From contig CAKPMB010000003.1 in assembly GCA_934167885.1 (NCBI GenBank), positions 30,890-94,889 on the forward strand: a stretch of DNA of 64,000 nucleotides. The letters run 5' to 3'. The notes below the pieces were generated by a model. That model was given only the letters and a program-made list of their open reading frames with translations. It was not told the origin of the DNA and did no database searches. This document shows positions 50,733 through 59,766 of this stretch, piece by piece; the first letter of the stretch is position 1; each line of letters starts with the position of its first letter. This stretch comes from an uncultured Bacilli bacterium (GTDB lineage: Bacteria > Bacillota_I > Bacilli_A > RF39 > UBA660). A program made the translations under genes and the position numbers.

Positions 50733-51434
50733 TTATTCTTTTATTAATTCATCAATTAAAACAATATGGTAATTATTGCTAGTAATATAGCTAATAATTA
50801 AATGTAAATCATTTAAGTTATTTTTAAAGTTATAATATAAAATATTACCATGTTGTATTTTATCTTTAGTATTAATCCAATATTGATTAGTAATATTATT
50901 CTTTATAAAAATAGTATACATTTTCTTTGAAATACAAGTTTTATTAACTTTTATTTCATTACTAAGACAATATTTATTATTAATAATATTATCAATTTCA
51001 TAATTTATAGAAACATTATATTGATTAACTATTTTCTTTATATTATTTAATTCATCATCGTTATTAACGTGAATAATAATACTAATATTATTTTTATAAA
51101 TATTGCCATACAAAATTAATTTGTTATATTTTTTATCGATAGTTAAATTAGGCTTTTTGTCATTAAAAACAAGCAATGTTTCATCAAAATAGCCTAATTT
51201 TTTCATTTTTTTATAGCTTTCATCTAAATTAATTTTAGTTCCCTTATTACCAGGAATAATGAAATTTTCAGTTATTATAGCATTAATTTCTTGGGTTTCA
51301 TAAAGTGATTTATGACTAATAATCTCTTGCATAATAGGATCTTGCTTTTTTAAAATATTTATTAAAACTTTAGTTAAAAGCGAACTTAATAAACTAAGCA
51401 TAATTGTCCAAATTAATTGTTTTTTCTTCATCAT
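50733..51434 (-). CDS. Membrane-anchored protein, unknown function
   Basis: 233 aa; N-terminal helix LIWTIMLSLLSSLLTKVLI; Asn/Ile-rich; no family recognised. Confidence 0.45.
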   Translation of the reverse strand: MMKKKQLIWTIMLSLLSSLLTKVLINILKKQDPIMQEIISHKSLYETQEINAIITENFIIPGNKGTKINLDESYKKMKKLGYFDETLLVFNDKKPNLTIDKKYNKLILYGNIYKNNISIIIHVNNDDELNNIKKIVNQYNVSINYEIDNIINNKYCLSNEIKVNKTCISKKMYTIFIKNNITNQYWINTKDKIQHGNILYYNFKNNLNDLHLIISYITSNNYHIVLIDELIKE

Positions 51435-51479
51435 TTAAGTTTATGATTAAATACTAAAAAAATTTATTGGACTTTCATT

Positions 51480-51670
51480 ATGATTTTTGATAGAATGATG
51501 GTAGAAAAAATAAAACAAAGGGTATGATGAAAAGTGTTAAATAGTATCAAATTAAATGTGTCAAATAGTGTCAACATGGGGGGGGGTTACTTTATTAAGT
51601 AACAAACCTAATTTAGAGTGTAAACGGGTTAGAACAAGATTAAGTCTTGTTCTTTTATGTGGAGTAAAAG
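51480..51670 (+). repeat. Conserved leader, copy 3
   Basis: Homology to leaders 1 and 2 begins near tgatttttgata; heptamers at 51534/51544/51558/51568, hairpin 51631-51653. Confidence 0.9.
51578..51586 (+). repeat. Homopolymeric G9 tract, copy 3
   Basis: Nine consecutive G counted directly. Confidence 0.95.
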
Positions 51671-54226
51671 ATGAAGACTAGGAAATATATGCTGATGATG
51701 TTAGGCCTAGTCTTATTGTTAGGCGGAAGTTATGCGTTTTACACTTATCAAAAATATAGTGGGATGCAGAATCTTTTAAATGGTGAGATTTATCTAAATT
51801 ATTTAGAAGACAATGAAGTTCATATAAGTGGCATATTTCCAGAGACAAAAGAAGAAGCTTTAAAGAGAAATGATAACACGATAAGTTTTAAAGTATTAAG
51901 TAAGAATACGAGTGACAAAGATATCTATTATGGTATTACTTTAAATTATGGTGAAGAGATAAGTAATAAGATTAGGATAGATGCTAAATACATTATGATA
52001 TACCTAGAATGTGATGGTAAAGTTTTAATAGATGGAATAAGGTATAGTGACTTCAATAATCGAAGAATCTATGTAGACAAGATAGATGCCAAAACATATA
52101 CGGAAACTACTAAAAATTATACTTTAAGATTCTGGGTAGATGAAGAAACAACAATAAGTGATACCGATAGTAACGCTAGTTACAAAGCCACGGAGTGGGC
52201 GAATAGTTATTTAAATTTTAAAGTCAATGTCGATGCCGGCTTAGAAACCATGAACATGCCCTTATCAATGGAAACTAGTGATACTTATGTAGAAAATAAT
52301 AAAGCTTATTTTATCGCTAAGATAAGTAACTTTATAAATATAGAAGATCTTGGTAAAGACAGCAACGATACTATGAACTTAAAAGTAAGTGGCACCAATA
52401 GTGATATCAAATTCAGTTATAAGGATAGTGAAGGAAATATTGTTGAAGAAAAGAGTGACACATTAGATTTAACCTATCTATTTACCAAAAACAAAACAGT
52501 TGAAATTCAAGTCTTTGTGCATCCAAATAATGATGCAAATGGAAAAACTAATGTTTTTTTAGAAATATACAAAAACAAAGAATTAATGCAAAGTTTTATC
52601 AAAAGAGTAGAAGTGAAAGGAAACAACTATTGCTTAAACAATGGTTTTAATAAATTAGTTGATTGTATGTTAGTAAGTGATAGTTTAAGCAATTCAGTTG
52701 ATGTTGCCAAGACTAACATTTCTAATAAAGGTGAACCAAATTTAAATGATACCGCTCCAACTTATACATATGTTGAAGAACTAACAGAAGATGTAGAAAA
52801 TCCATACAACATCACAGGATATAAATTTAATTTTTCACAAACATATGAATTTGATGAAAAGACTGGAACGTTTAAACTAACAGGTGATATTATAACAGAT
52901 TATTTGAGTGATGATTATATAGGATACTGGACAGGGGGCGGAACAAATGTAGGATATTCTAATTTGAATAATATATACTTTGTAAAGGAAATAGATGCAT
53001 CAACAATCAATTATAAGATAACAAAGGCAGATGTTCAAACATATAAAATTGCAACTTCCATTCGGTCAGAAGTAGGGTTATATAAAACTGAAGATGATTA
53101 TGGTGATGTTTATTACTATCGTGGTGATGTTCAAAATAATAATGTTTATTTTGGAGGATACTATTGGAAAATAATAAGAACAAACGGTGACGGAAGTATT
53201 AGATTAATTTATAATGGTGCATTAAAAGATAGTAATGGCGATAATGTATCAATAAATAATAAAATATATCCCTACAATAGAAGATATCAAGATCCAACCT
53301 ATGTTGGTTATATGTATGGTAAAAATTTTGCACATCAAATAAGCGAAGAAACTAAGTATTATGATATGGCGGTTTCAACTAAATATTATTTTGCAGATGA
53401 TTATGAGTTTGATGAAACTACTGAGAATTACAAATTAAAAGGAAATATAAAACAAGGAACTTTTAATGAGATGAAAGATGAGTTCGAAGCATATCCATAT
53501 ACTTGCCGAAGAACAAGTTCAACTTCATCATGTGAAGTATTAATAAAGGTAAATAGTTTATCGACAGGAACAAGTATTAATGTTCAATATTATTCATATT
53601 CCTCAACAAGCTTAGATGGCACCAGGACAAATGAAGTATCAAATAGTGCTAAAACACAACTAGATGACTGGTATGCTACAAATGTGGTCAGCAAATCTGA
53701 CAGTGATGGCAATTTATTAACAAATTATATTGTGGATGAAAGATTTTGCAATGACCGCAGTATAACAGATGAGATATTTAATTCAGGCTATAAACTAACT
53801 CAAAAAACGTATTATGCACCATATGCGCGATTATATAGAAATGCTAATAAGACTGCGACTTTAAAATGTTCAAGTGATGTTCGAGATCAATTCAGCAAGA
53901 CATCGTCTCGTGGCAATGCAAGATTAACGTATCCTGTAGCGTTAATAACAGCCGATGAAGTAGTTTTTGCTGGTGGTAAATATAATGTTAAAAATGAAAA
54001 ATATTATTTATGCTCAAATGCATCTGCTTGGACTATGACACCATTTCGTTTTGAAACAGATAATGTCTATGCATATAATTTGTTTATTAATAAAAATGGT
54101 TCGATATTTACTAATGGTGTAATTTCGTCTCATGCTATACGGCCTGTTATCAATATTCGTTCCGATGTCTTAATATCAAGTGGTGACGGCACCAAATCTA
54201 GCCCATACCACTTAAAACTACAATAA
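51671..54226 (+). CDS. Mosaic membrane-anchored surface protein, paralog 3
   Basis: 851 aa; same anchor, same conserved N-terminal 369 aa, conserved island and C-terminal RPVINIRSDVLISSGDG..PY.LKL; variable blocks unique. Confidence 0.85.
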   Translation: MKTRKYMLMMLGLVLLLGGSYAFYTYQKYSGMQNLLNGEIYLNYLEDNEVHISGIFPETKEEALKRNDNTISFKVLSKNTSDKDIYYGITLNYGEEISNKIRIDAKYIMIYLECDGKVLIDGIRYSDFNNRRIYVDKIDAKTYTETTKNYTLRFWVDEETTISDTDSNASYKATEWANSYLNFKVNVDAGLETMNMPLSMETSDTYVENNKAYFIAKISNFINIEDLGKDSNDTMNLKVSGTNSDIKFSYKDSEGNIVEEKSDTLDLTYLFTKNKTVEIQVFVHPNNDANGKTNVFLEIYKNKELMQSFIKRVEVKGNNYCLNNGFNKLVDCMLVSDSLSNSVDVAKTNISNKGEPNLNDTAPTYTYVEELTEDVENPYNITGYKFNFSQTYEFDEKTGTFKLTGDIITDYLSDDYIGYWTGGGTNVGYSNLNNIYFVKEIDASTINYKITKADVQTYKIATSIRSEVGLYKTEDDYGDVYYYRGDVQNNNVYFGGYYWKIIRTNGDGSIRLIYNGALKDSNGDNVSINNKIYPYNRRYQDPTYVGYMYGKNFAHQISEETKYYDMAVSTKYYFADDYEFDETTENYKLKGNIKQGTFNEMKDEFEAYPYTCRRTSSTSSCEVLIKVNSLSTGTSINVQYYSYSSTSLDGTRTNEVSNSAKTQLDDWYATNVVSKSDSDGNLLTNYIVDERFCNDRSITDEIFNSGYKLTQKTYYAPYARLYRNANKTATLKCSSDVRDQFSKTSSRGNARLTYPVALITADEVVFAGGKYNVKNEKYYLCSNASAWTMTPFRFETDNVYAYNLFINKNGSIFTNGVISSHAIRPVINIRSDVLISSGDGTKSSPYHLKLQ

Positions 54227-54228
54227 AA

Positions 54229-54269
54229 AGGCAAGTGTTAATAAAATCTAAATTAACATTCGCCTTTTC
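54229..54269. terminator. Bidirectional terminator between paralog 3 and rpmB
   Basis: AGGCAAGTGTTAAT-aaaatctaa-ATTAACATTCGCCT (14 bp, one mismatch, one G-U), flanked by an A-run upstream and TTTT downstream. Confidence 0.65.
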
Positions 54270-54313
54270 TTTAAAATTATAAATGTTTGTAATAGAATAC
54301 AAAAAAAGAAGAA

Positions 54314-54499
54314 TTATTCTTCATTTGATTTCATGCTTCTTTTATATTTCTTAGCTTCTCTTGTTGTAACCTTAATTTTAGTTCCGTCTTCTAATGTAAC
54401 ATTTTGTAAGTTAAGATTTTGTGTATGTCTTGTTGCATTAAGTGCATGACTACGACGATTACCAAATAATGGTTTCTTTTGTGTAGCTTTAATTGCCAT
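54314..54499 (-). CDS. rpmB: 50S ribosomal protein L28
   Basis: 61 aa; KKPLFGNRRSHALNATRHTQNLNLQ typical of L28; GGAGG RBS. Confidence 0.93.
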   Translation of the reverse strand: MAIKATQKKPLFGNRRSHALNATRHTQNLNLQNVTLEDGTKIKVTTREAKKYKRSMKSNEE

Positions 54500-54634
54500 A
54501 ATAATTCCTCCTTTGTCTAGAAAAACTCTTTGCTCATTAACTTTACCATATAATTTAATTTAAGTCAAATAAAATGTGTGTAAAATGTGGAAAAAAGTCC
54601 AATTATTCGCTATAATTTATGAAGGTGGTAGTTA

Positions 54635-55348
54635 ATGCAAAGATATTTCTGTGAACAAATGAGTGATAATAAATTTATTTTGAATAATGATGATAGTCAT
54701 CATATTAAAACTGTTATGCGTATGCATTTAGGCGAATGTGTTGAAGTTGTTTATAATAAAGTGGTTTATGTTTGTGAAATTGCATCTTTAGATAAGAATG
54801 TTTTAGTTTTAATTAAAGAAAAACTTGATGAAAATAATGAAATGCCTCTTAAAGTGACTATTTGTCAAAGTTTGGTTAATGAACAAAAAATGGATTTTAT
54901 TCTACAAAAAGGTGTTGAATTAGGCGCATATAGTTTTATTCCTTATAAAGCCCGTAATAGTGTGGTTAAAGCGAATGATAAGAGTGATAAAAAGATTGTT
55001 CGTTGGCAACGAATTATTAAAGAAGCGAGTGAACAAGCACATCGTAATATTATTCCTAAAATTAGTGAAATGATGGATATAAATGAAGTTATTAAACAAG
55101 ATTATGATTTAAAAATAATTTGTAGTGTCAATGAAATGACAAAAAGTATTAAAAAAGTTATTCAAGAACATATAAAATGTGATACAATGATTATGGTAAT
55201 AGGTCCTGAGGGTGGATTTAGTGATGAAGAAGAAAAGAAGTTTATTGATAACGGATTTATAAGTGTAAGTCTTGGTAAGCGTGTTTTAAGAACTGAGACA
55301 GCATCATTAATGGCTCTAAGTTCTATTAATTATGAGTTTTTGAGGTGA
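54635..55348 (+). CDS. rsmE: 16S rRNA (uracil1498-N3)-methyltransferase RsmE
   Basis: 237 aa; MQRYF start, PUA-like N-terminus, C-terminal SPOUT knot GPEGGFSDEE ... LGKRVLRTETA. Confidence 0.9.
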   Translation: MQRYFCEQMSDNKFILNNDDSHHIKTVMRMHLGECVEVVYNKVVYVCEIASLDKNVLVLIKEKLDENNEMPLKVTICQSLVNEQKMDFILQKGVELGAYSFIPYKARNSVVKANDKSDKKIVRWQRIIKEASEQAHRNIIPKISEMMDINEVIKQDYDLKIICSVNEMTKSIKKVIQEHIKCDTMIMVIGPEGGFSDEEEKKFIDNGFISVSLGKRVLRTETASLMALSSINYEFLR

Positions 55349-55353
55349 TATTA

Positions 55354-56064
55354 ATGGAGTTATTTAGTAAAACAGAATTAATTGTTATGGCATCTGTTTT
55401 GGGCAGTGTTTTGCTAATTATAATAATATTAACTATTTTAGATTTTATTGATGAAAAAAAGGAGAGAAAATTACTTAATAGTGTTTCTAAAAAAGATATG
55501 AAACTAGAAGAAAAAGAAGTTGTAACCCCTTGTAAAAGTAGTGAAGTAGTTGAAGAAATTGAAGTATTGGATTTTGATGAGCCCGTTATAGAAATGAAAA
55601 AAGAAAATACAGATAATGTGGCTTCCTTTAATGATTTTGATTCTTGCATCATAGATGATGGTATTGTTAGTTATGAAGATATTGCACCAAGTAAAGATGA
55701 TAAGATATTAGTTGTTGAAAAGAGTGAAGAAGAGAAGAAGAAAGATGCTTTAATGATGTTAGCATCTATTAAAGAAGAATTATCTAAAGAAGAATCATAT
55801 GAAAATACCATTACTAATTTTGAATTAGAACAAGAAGAGAATGCTATTATAAGTTATGATGAACTTGTTAAAGTAAGTGATAAATTGTATAGTCAAAATG
55901 AAATTGTTCAATATGATGATGGTGATGAACCAATAACTATTGATGAAGTTATTAAACGTTTTAGTAATAATGAAATGAATTTTGAAAATACCGCTGATTA
56001 TGATAAACTTAATGCAAAAATTGATAGTGATGTAAAATTAATTGAATCATTTAAACAAAATTAA
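55354..56064 (+). CDS. Single-TM acidic protein, unknown function
   Basis: 236 aa from ATG 55354 (GAGGTGA RBS); helix VMASVLGSVLLIIIILTIL, then a Glu/Asp-rich region. Confidence 0.5.
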   Translation: MELFSKTELIVMASVLGSVLLIIIILTILDFIDEKKERKLLNSVSKKDMKLEEKEVVTPCKSSEVVEEIEVLDFDEPVIEMKKENTDNVASFNDFDSCIIDDGIVSYEDIAPSKDDKILVVEKSEEEKKKDALMMLASIKEELSKEESYENTITNFELEQEENAIISYDELVKVSDKLYSQNEIVQYDDGDEPITIDEVIKRFSNNEMNFENTADYDKLNAKIDSDVKLIESFKQN

Positions 56065-56110
56065 TGATTCTTTTTTTACATATTTTGTGTATAATAGTCT
56101 CTGGTGATTT

Positions 56111-56947
56111 ATGGGTTTGTTTAATTCAATGCTAAAAGAAGATAGTAATTATATTGATAGTGACTATAAAATTGTTGATAAGAATAGTGAATTAATAAAG
56201 AAATTATTACCAAGTTCCCTTAATTACAGATATCAAAGTTATTTAAATTGGATTTTAATAAATAATAAACCTTATTTTTGTAAAAAGTTTAATTTAAATG
56301 ATTTTATTGGTGAAGAATTATGCGACTTTTTTGATCTTGCAAGTGCACATTACAATTTAGCACAAATTCGTGGTGGTATTAAAACAATTTCTGAAAGTTT
56401 TATTGATCAAAATAGTGAATATTATACTTTGAAAGATTTATATAAATATTTTAAAAGGCTAGATGGTAAAAAATATAATATTTATAATTTAGAATCTTTA
56501 ATTAATGTGTTATCACTTTATTATGATAAAAATTGTCTAAATCTTTTGCTTAGTGATTTGTTTAAAATGGCAAGCATTGATTACTATATGAGGGAAACTG
56601 ATAGGTATTTTAATAATTATATGTTTAAGATTACTAATAACAATGCATCAATAGCACCTCTTTATGATTTTGGGGATTCTTTTAGTTTTAAAAATGGGCA
56701 ATATGTTAATTATTGCTATCCATATTGCTATAATAATGAATTATTTTCAAACTATTTAATGAGTGAATTTATAAATAAATATCCATTATTAAAAGAGTAT
56801 ATGATAAAAACTTTGGATATTGATTTAATGGGTTTAATTGAAGAAATTTGTGCAAAATATAATTTAAATTTTAATAATGAAGCGCAAAAAATATATAAGG
56901 AGGAAGCCAATTTAGCGCGTGATAGAATAAAAAAATTGGTTAAGTAA
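56111..56947 (+). CDS. HipA-like kinase-fold protein with non-canonical catalytic loop (tentative)
   Basis: 278 aa; IGEELCDFFDLASAHYNL and SIDYYMRETDRYFNNYMF...SIAPLYDFGDSF parallel the HipA_C segments (..GN.D.H.kN.. / LaPaYD), with Tyr in place of the loop His. Confidence 0.3.
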   Translation: MGLFNSMLKEDSNYIDSDYKIVDKNSELIKKLLPSSLNYRYQSYLNWILINNKPYFCKKFNLNDFIGEELCDFFDLASAHYNLAQIRGGIKTISESFIDQNSEYYTLKDLYKYFKRLDGKKYNIYNLESLINVLSLYYDKNCLNLLLSDLFKMASIDYYMRETDRYFNNYMFKITNNNASIAPLYDFGDSFSFKNGQYVNYCYPYCYNNELFSNYLMSEFINKYPLLKEYMIKTLDIDLMGLIEEICAKYNLNFNNEAQKIYKEEANLARDRIKKLVK

Positions 56948-56948
56948 G

Positions 56949-58226
56949 ATGAAAGTTAGAAGTATTAGTTTAGGATGTAAAGTTAATTCTTATGAGAGTG
57001 AATATGTTCTTAGTAGTTTTAAGGAAAATGGGTATGAAATTGTTTTAGATGGTGAAGCGGATGTTTTCATTATTAATACGTGTAGTGTAACCAATCAAAG
57101 TGATGCTAAGAGCAGGAAGGTTATTAATCGTATTGCAAGAGAAAATCCGCATGCTATTATTGTTGTAATGGGATGTTTTATTGAAGCTAACAAAGATTAT
57201 GATAACCCTAATGTTAGCATTATTATTGGTAATAAGGATAAAAATAAGGTTGTCTCGCTAGTAAATGAATATATAAAAGATAATAAGTCTAAAAAATTAT
57301 TATATAATGATTTTGATTTAAAATTTGAAGATATGTATATAACACATATGAATTCACGAACAAGAGCTTTTGTTAAGATTCAAGATGGTTGTGAGAATTT
57401 TTGTAGTTATTGTATAATTCCTTATACAAGAGGAAAATGTCGTAGTAAAGATAAAGACAAGGTTTTAAGTGAAATACGTGAACTTGTTAAAAATGGTTAT
57501 AAAGAAGTTGTTTTAACAGGGATTCATACAGGACATTATGGAAGTGATATAAACTCTAATTTAGGTGATTTATTAGAAGAAATTGTCAAAATTGATAATT
57601 TACAACGGCTTCGTTTATCATCAATCGAAATAACCGAGTTAGATGATAAATTTTTAAAGATTTTAAATGATGAAAAAGTTATTGTTTCACATATGCATAT
57701 TCCTCTACAAGCTGGTAGTGATGAAATATTAAAATTAATGAATCGAAAATATGATACAAAATATTTTGAAGACAAGATTAATAAGATTCGTTCTATTCGT
57801 CCAGATATAAGTATTACAACGGATGTCATTGTAGGTTTCCCAGGGGAAGATGAACGTTTATTCAAGGAAACATATGATTTTATTAAAAAAATAAAATTCA
57901 CTAAGCTTCATGTCTTTCCATATTCATCTCGTCATGGCACGAAGGCTGAAACAATGCCTAATCAAGTGAGTGAACAAACAAAAAAAGAACGTGTTAAAGA
58001 ATTATTGGCTTTAAGTAAGAATTTAGAAAGAGAATACTTAGAAAAATTTGTAGGGAAAGTTGTATCCGTTTTAATTGAAACAAGTGGTGATATTTCTGTT
58101 GGTCATACTGGTAATTATTTAATGGTTAAGGTTAGAGGAGAAATTCCACATAATGAGATAGTCAATGTTATGATAGATAAAGTTAATGATAATTATTTGG
58201 AAGGAACGTTATATGAAGAAAATTAA
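56949..58226 (+). CDS. mtaB: tRNA t6A37 methylthiotransferase MtaB
   Basis: 425 aa; UPF0004 N-domain (GCKVN..INTCSVT), radical-SAM CENFCSYCIIP, TRAM C-terminus; no MiaB-type N-terminal extension. Confidence 0.85.
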   Translation: MKVRSISLGCKVNSYESEYVLSSFKENGYEIVLDGEADVFIINTCSVTNQSDAKSRKVINRIARENPHAIIVVMGCFIEANKDYDNPNVSIIIGNKDKNKVVSLVNEYIKDNKSKKLLYNDFDLKFEDMYITHMNSRTRAFVKIQDGCENFCSYCIIPYTRGKCRSKDKDKVLSEIRELVKNGYKEVVLTGIHTGHYGSDINSNLGDLLEEIVKIDNLQRLRLSSIEITELDDKFLKILNDEKVIVSHMHIPLQAGSDEILKLMNRKYDTKYFEDKINKIRSIRPDISITTDVIVGFPGEDERLFKETYDFIKKIKFTKLHVFPYSSRHGTKAETMPNQVSEQTKKERVKELLALSKNLEREYLEKFVGKVVSVLIETSGDISVGHTGNYLMVKVRGEIPHNEIVNVMIDKVNDNYLEGTLYEEN

Positions 58227-58722
58227 TAAACAAAGAAGTGAATATTTAAGCTGGGATGAATATTTTATGGCTATTGCCAAGTTATCAGCCATGCGTAGTA
58301 AAGACCCCTCAACTCAAGTTGGAGCTTGTATTGTAAGTATTGATAATCGAATTTTATCCATTGGTTATAATGGAGCGCCTAATGGCTTTTGTGATGATAG
58401 TTTTCCATGGGAACGAGAAGGAAGCGTGTTAAATACTAAATATGCTTTTGTATGTCATGCCGAAATGAATGCTATTCTAAATTATCGAGGAAGTCGTAAA
58501 GAACTTGAAAATTCTAAAATATATGTTGATTTATTTCCATGTAATGAATGTGCTAAACTTATTATTCAAAGCGGAATTAAAGAAGTTATTTATTTAAGTG
58601 ATAAGTATAAAGATACGGATTCTGTTAAAGCTAGTAAATTGTTATTTAAACAATGTGGTGTTAAATTTAAGGAATTAGATGAAAAACACCAAGTAGATAT
58701 TAATGTAACTTTGAAAAAGTAA
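58213..58722 (+). CDS. comEB: dCMP deaminase (ComEB family)
   Basis: 169 aa from ATG 58213; SWDEYFMAIAKLSA.RSKDP, CHAEMNAI, PCNECAKLI zinc motifs. Confidence 0.9.
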   Translation: MKKINKQRSEYLSWDEYFMAIAKLSAMRSKDPSTQVGACIVSIDNRILSIGYNGAPNGFCDDSFPWEREGSVLNTKYAFVCHAEMNAILNYRGSRKELENSKIYVDLFPCNECAKLIIQSGIKEVIYLSDKYKDTDSVKASKLLFKQCGVKFKELDEKHQVDINVTLKK

Positions 58723-58727
58723 AGATT

Positions 58728-58759
58728 AAAGAGATTAAATGATGCGTTTAATCTCTTTT
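58728..58759 (+). terminator. Terminator hairpin after the dCMP deaminase gene
   Basis: AAAGAGATTAAA-tgatgcg-TTTAATCTCTTT (12-bp perfect stem ending in a U-run). Confidence 0.6.
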
Positions 58760-58786
58760 GACAAAAGAGGGTATTTATACTAAAAT
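58758..58786 (+). promoter_or_regulatory. Near-consensus sigma-A promoter for the NERD-HRDC / 828-aa gene pair
   Basis: TTGACA (58758-58763), 17-nt spacer, TAAAAT (58781-58786). Confidence 0.6.
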
Positions 58787-58810
58787 TAAATAGTAGAAAA
58801 GTGGTGGCTT

Positions 58811-59755
58811 ATGAGTCTGTTTATAAAAAATCTAGAACCTATTTTTTTAAATAAAAGCAATGCCTTACAAAATGAAATTGATTATTTAAATGGCATTTTA
58901 AAAAAAGATAATGTAATGCTCTATAATTTAGATTTATTAAATATTTTAAGACAAAATGAAATAAATATTATTAATGCATTAGAAGAAAGTCATATTCCTA
59001 TGATTGTTTTACAAAATGTTAGTTTAAAATATGCTGGTTTTAGTGGAAATATTGATTACATTATTATAACTGAACATAACATCTATATTGTTAATACCAA
59101 TGAATTATATGGTGATATTACAATTGATGGTAACAACAATATAACTCGTAAATATAAAAAGAAATGTGTTAAATTTAATTTAGATGCTAAAATGCAGAAT
59201 GACTATTCTCTTATTAAAGTTATTGGCTATGATAATAAAAAAATGCTCGATAAATTAGTATACGATAAAGAATTTTGGACATATTGTAAATATATTTTAT
59301 TAGTTGGTGATAGTAGTAATTTAGATGACCATCTTGCTAATAATGCTATTCGTAAAAGTATTGTAGAAATGAAAGACTTTATTTCCTTTATAGAGAAAAC
59401 GGATAAAATGAGCAATAATAAATTTAAAAGAAAAGAAATGATGAATATTGCTCAAAATATTTTGAATAAACATCATGATGATATTGTGATATATGATTTA
59501 AAGTATAATAATTTTGCAGATGAGCGTCAAAATATGAATAATAAGATAAAGCAAGATTTAAAAAAATATGGTTATTATTTAGCATCTAAAGAAAAGGTAA
59601 AACCATATCAAATTTTTAATGATAAATTAATTGAAAAAATTGTTGAAAAAAGACCACAAACTTTGGATGAATTACGAAATATTAAGGGAATTGATCCTAG
59701 AATAATTGATAAGCATGGTTTGAAAATAATTAAAATTGTTAAAAATAATAGTTAG
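58811..59755 (+). CDS. NERD-domain protein with C-terminal HRDC domain
   Basis: 314 aa; NERD-type core GNIDYIIITEHNIYIVNTNELYG; C-terminal KPYQIFNDKLIEKIVEKRPQTLDELRNIKGI..HGLKIIKIV resembles HRDC. Confidence 0.6.
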   Translation: MSLFIKNLEPIFLNKSNALQNEIDYLNGILKKDNVMLYNLDLLNILRQNEINIINALEESHIPMIVLQNVSLKYAGFSGNIDYIIITEHNIYIVNTNELYGDITIDGNNNITRKYKKKCVKFNLDAKMQNDYSLIKVIGYDNKKMLDKLVYDKEFWTYCKYILLVGDSSNLDDHLANNAIRKSIVEMKDFISFIEKTDKMSNNKFKRKEMMNIAQNILNKHHDDIVIYDLKYNNFADERQNMNNKIKQDLKKYGYYLASKEKVKPYQIFNDKLIEKIVEKRPQTLDELRNIKGIDPRIIDKHGLKIIKIVKNNS

Positions 59756-59766
59756 GAGAAATTATA

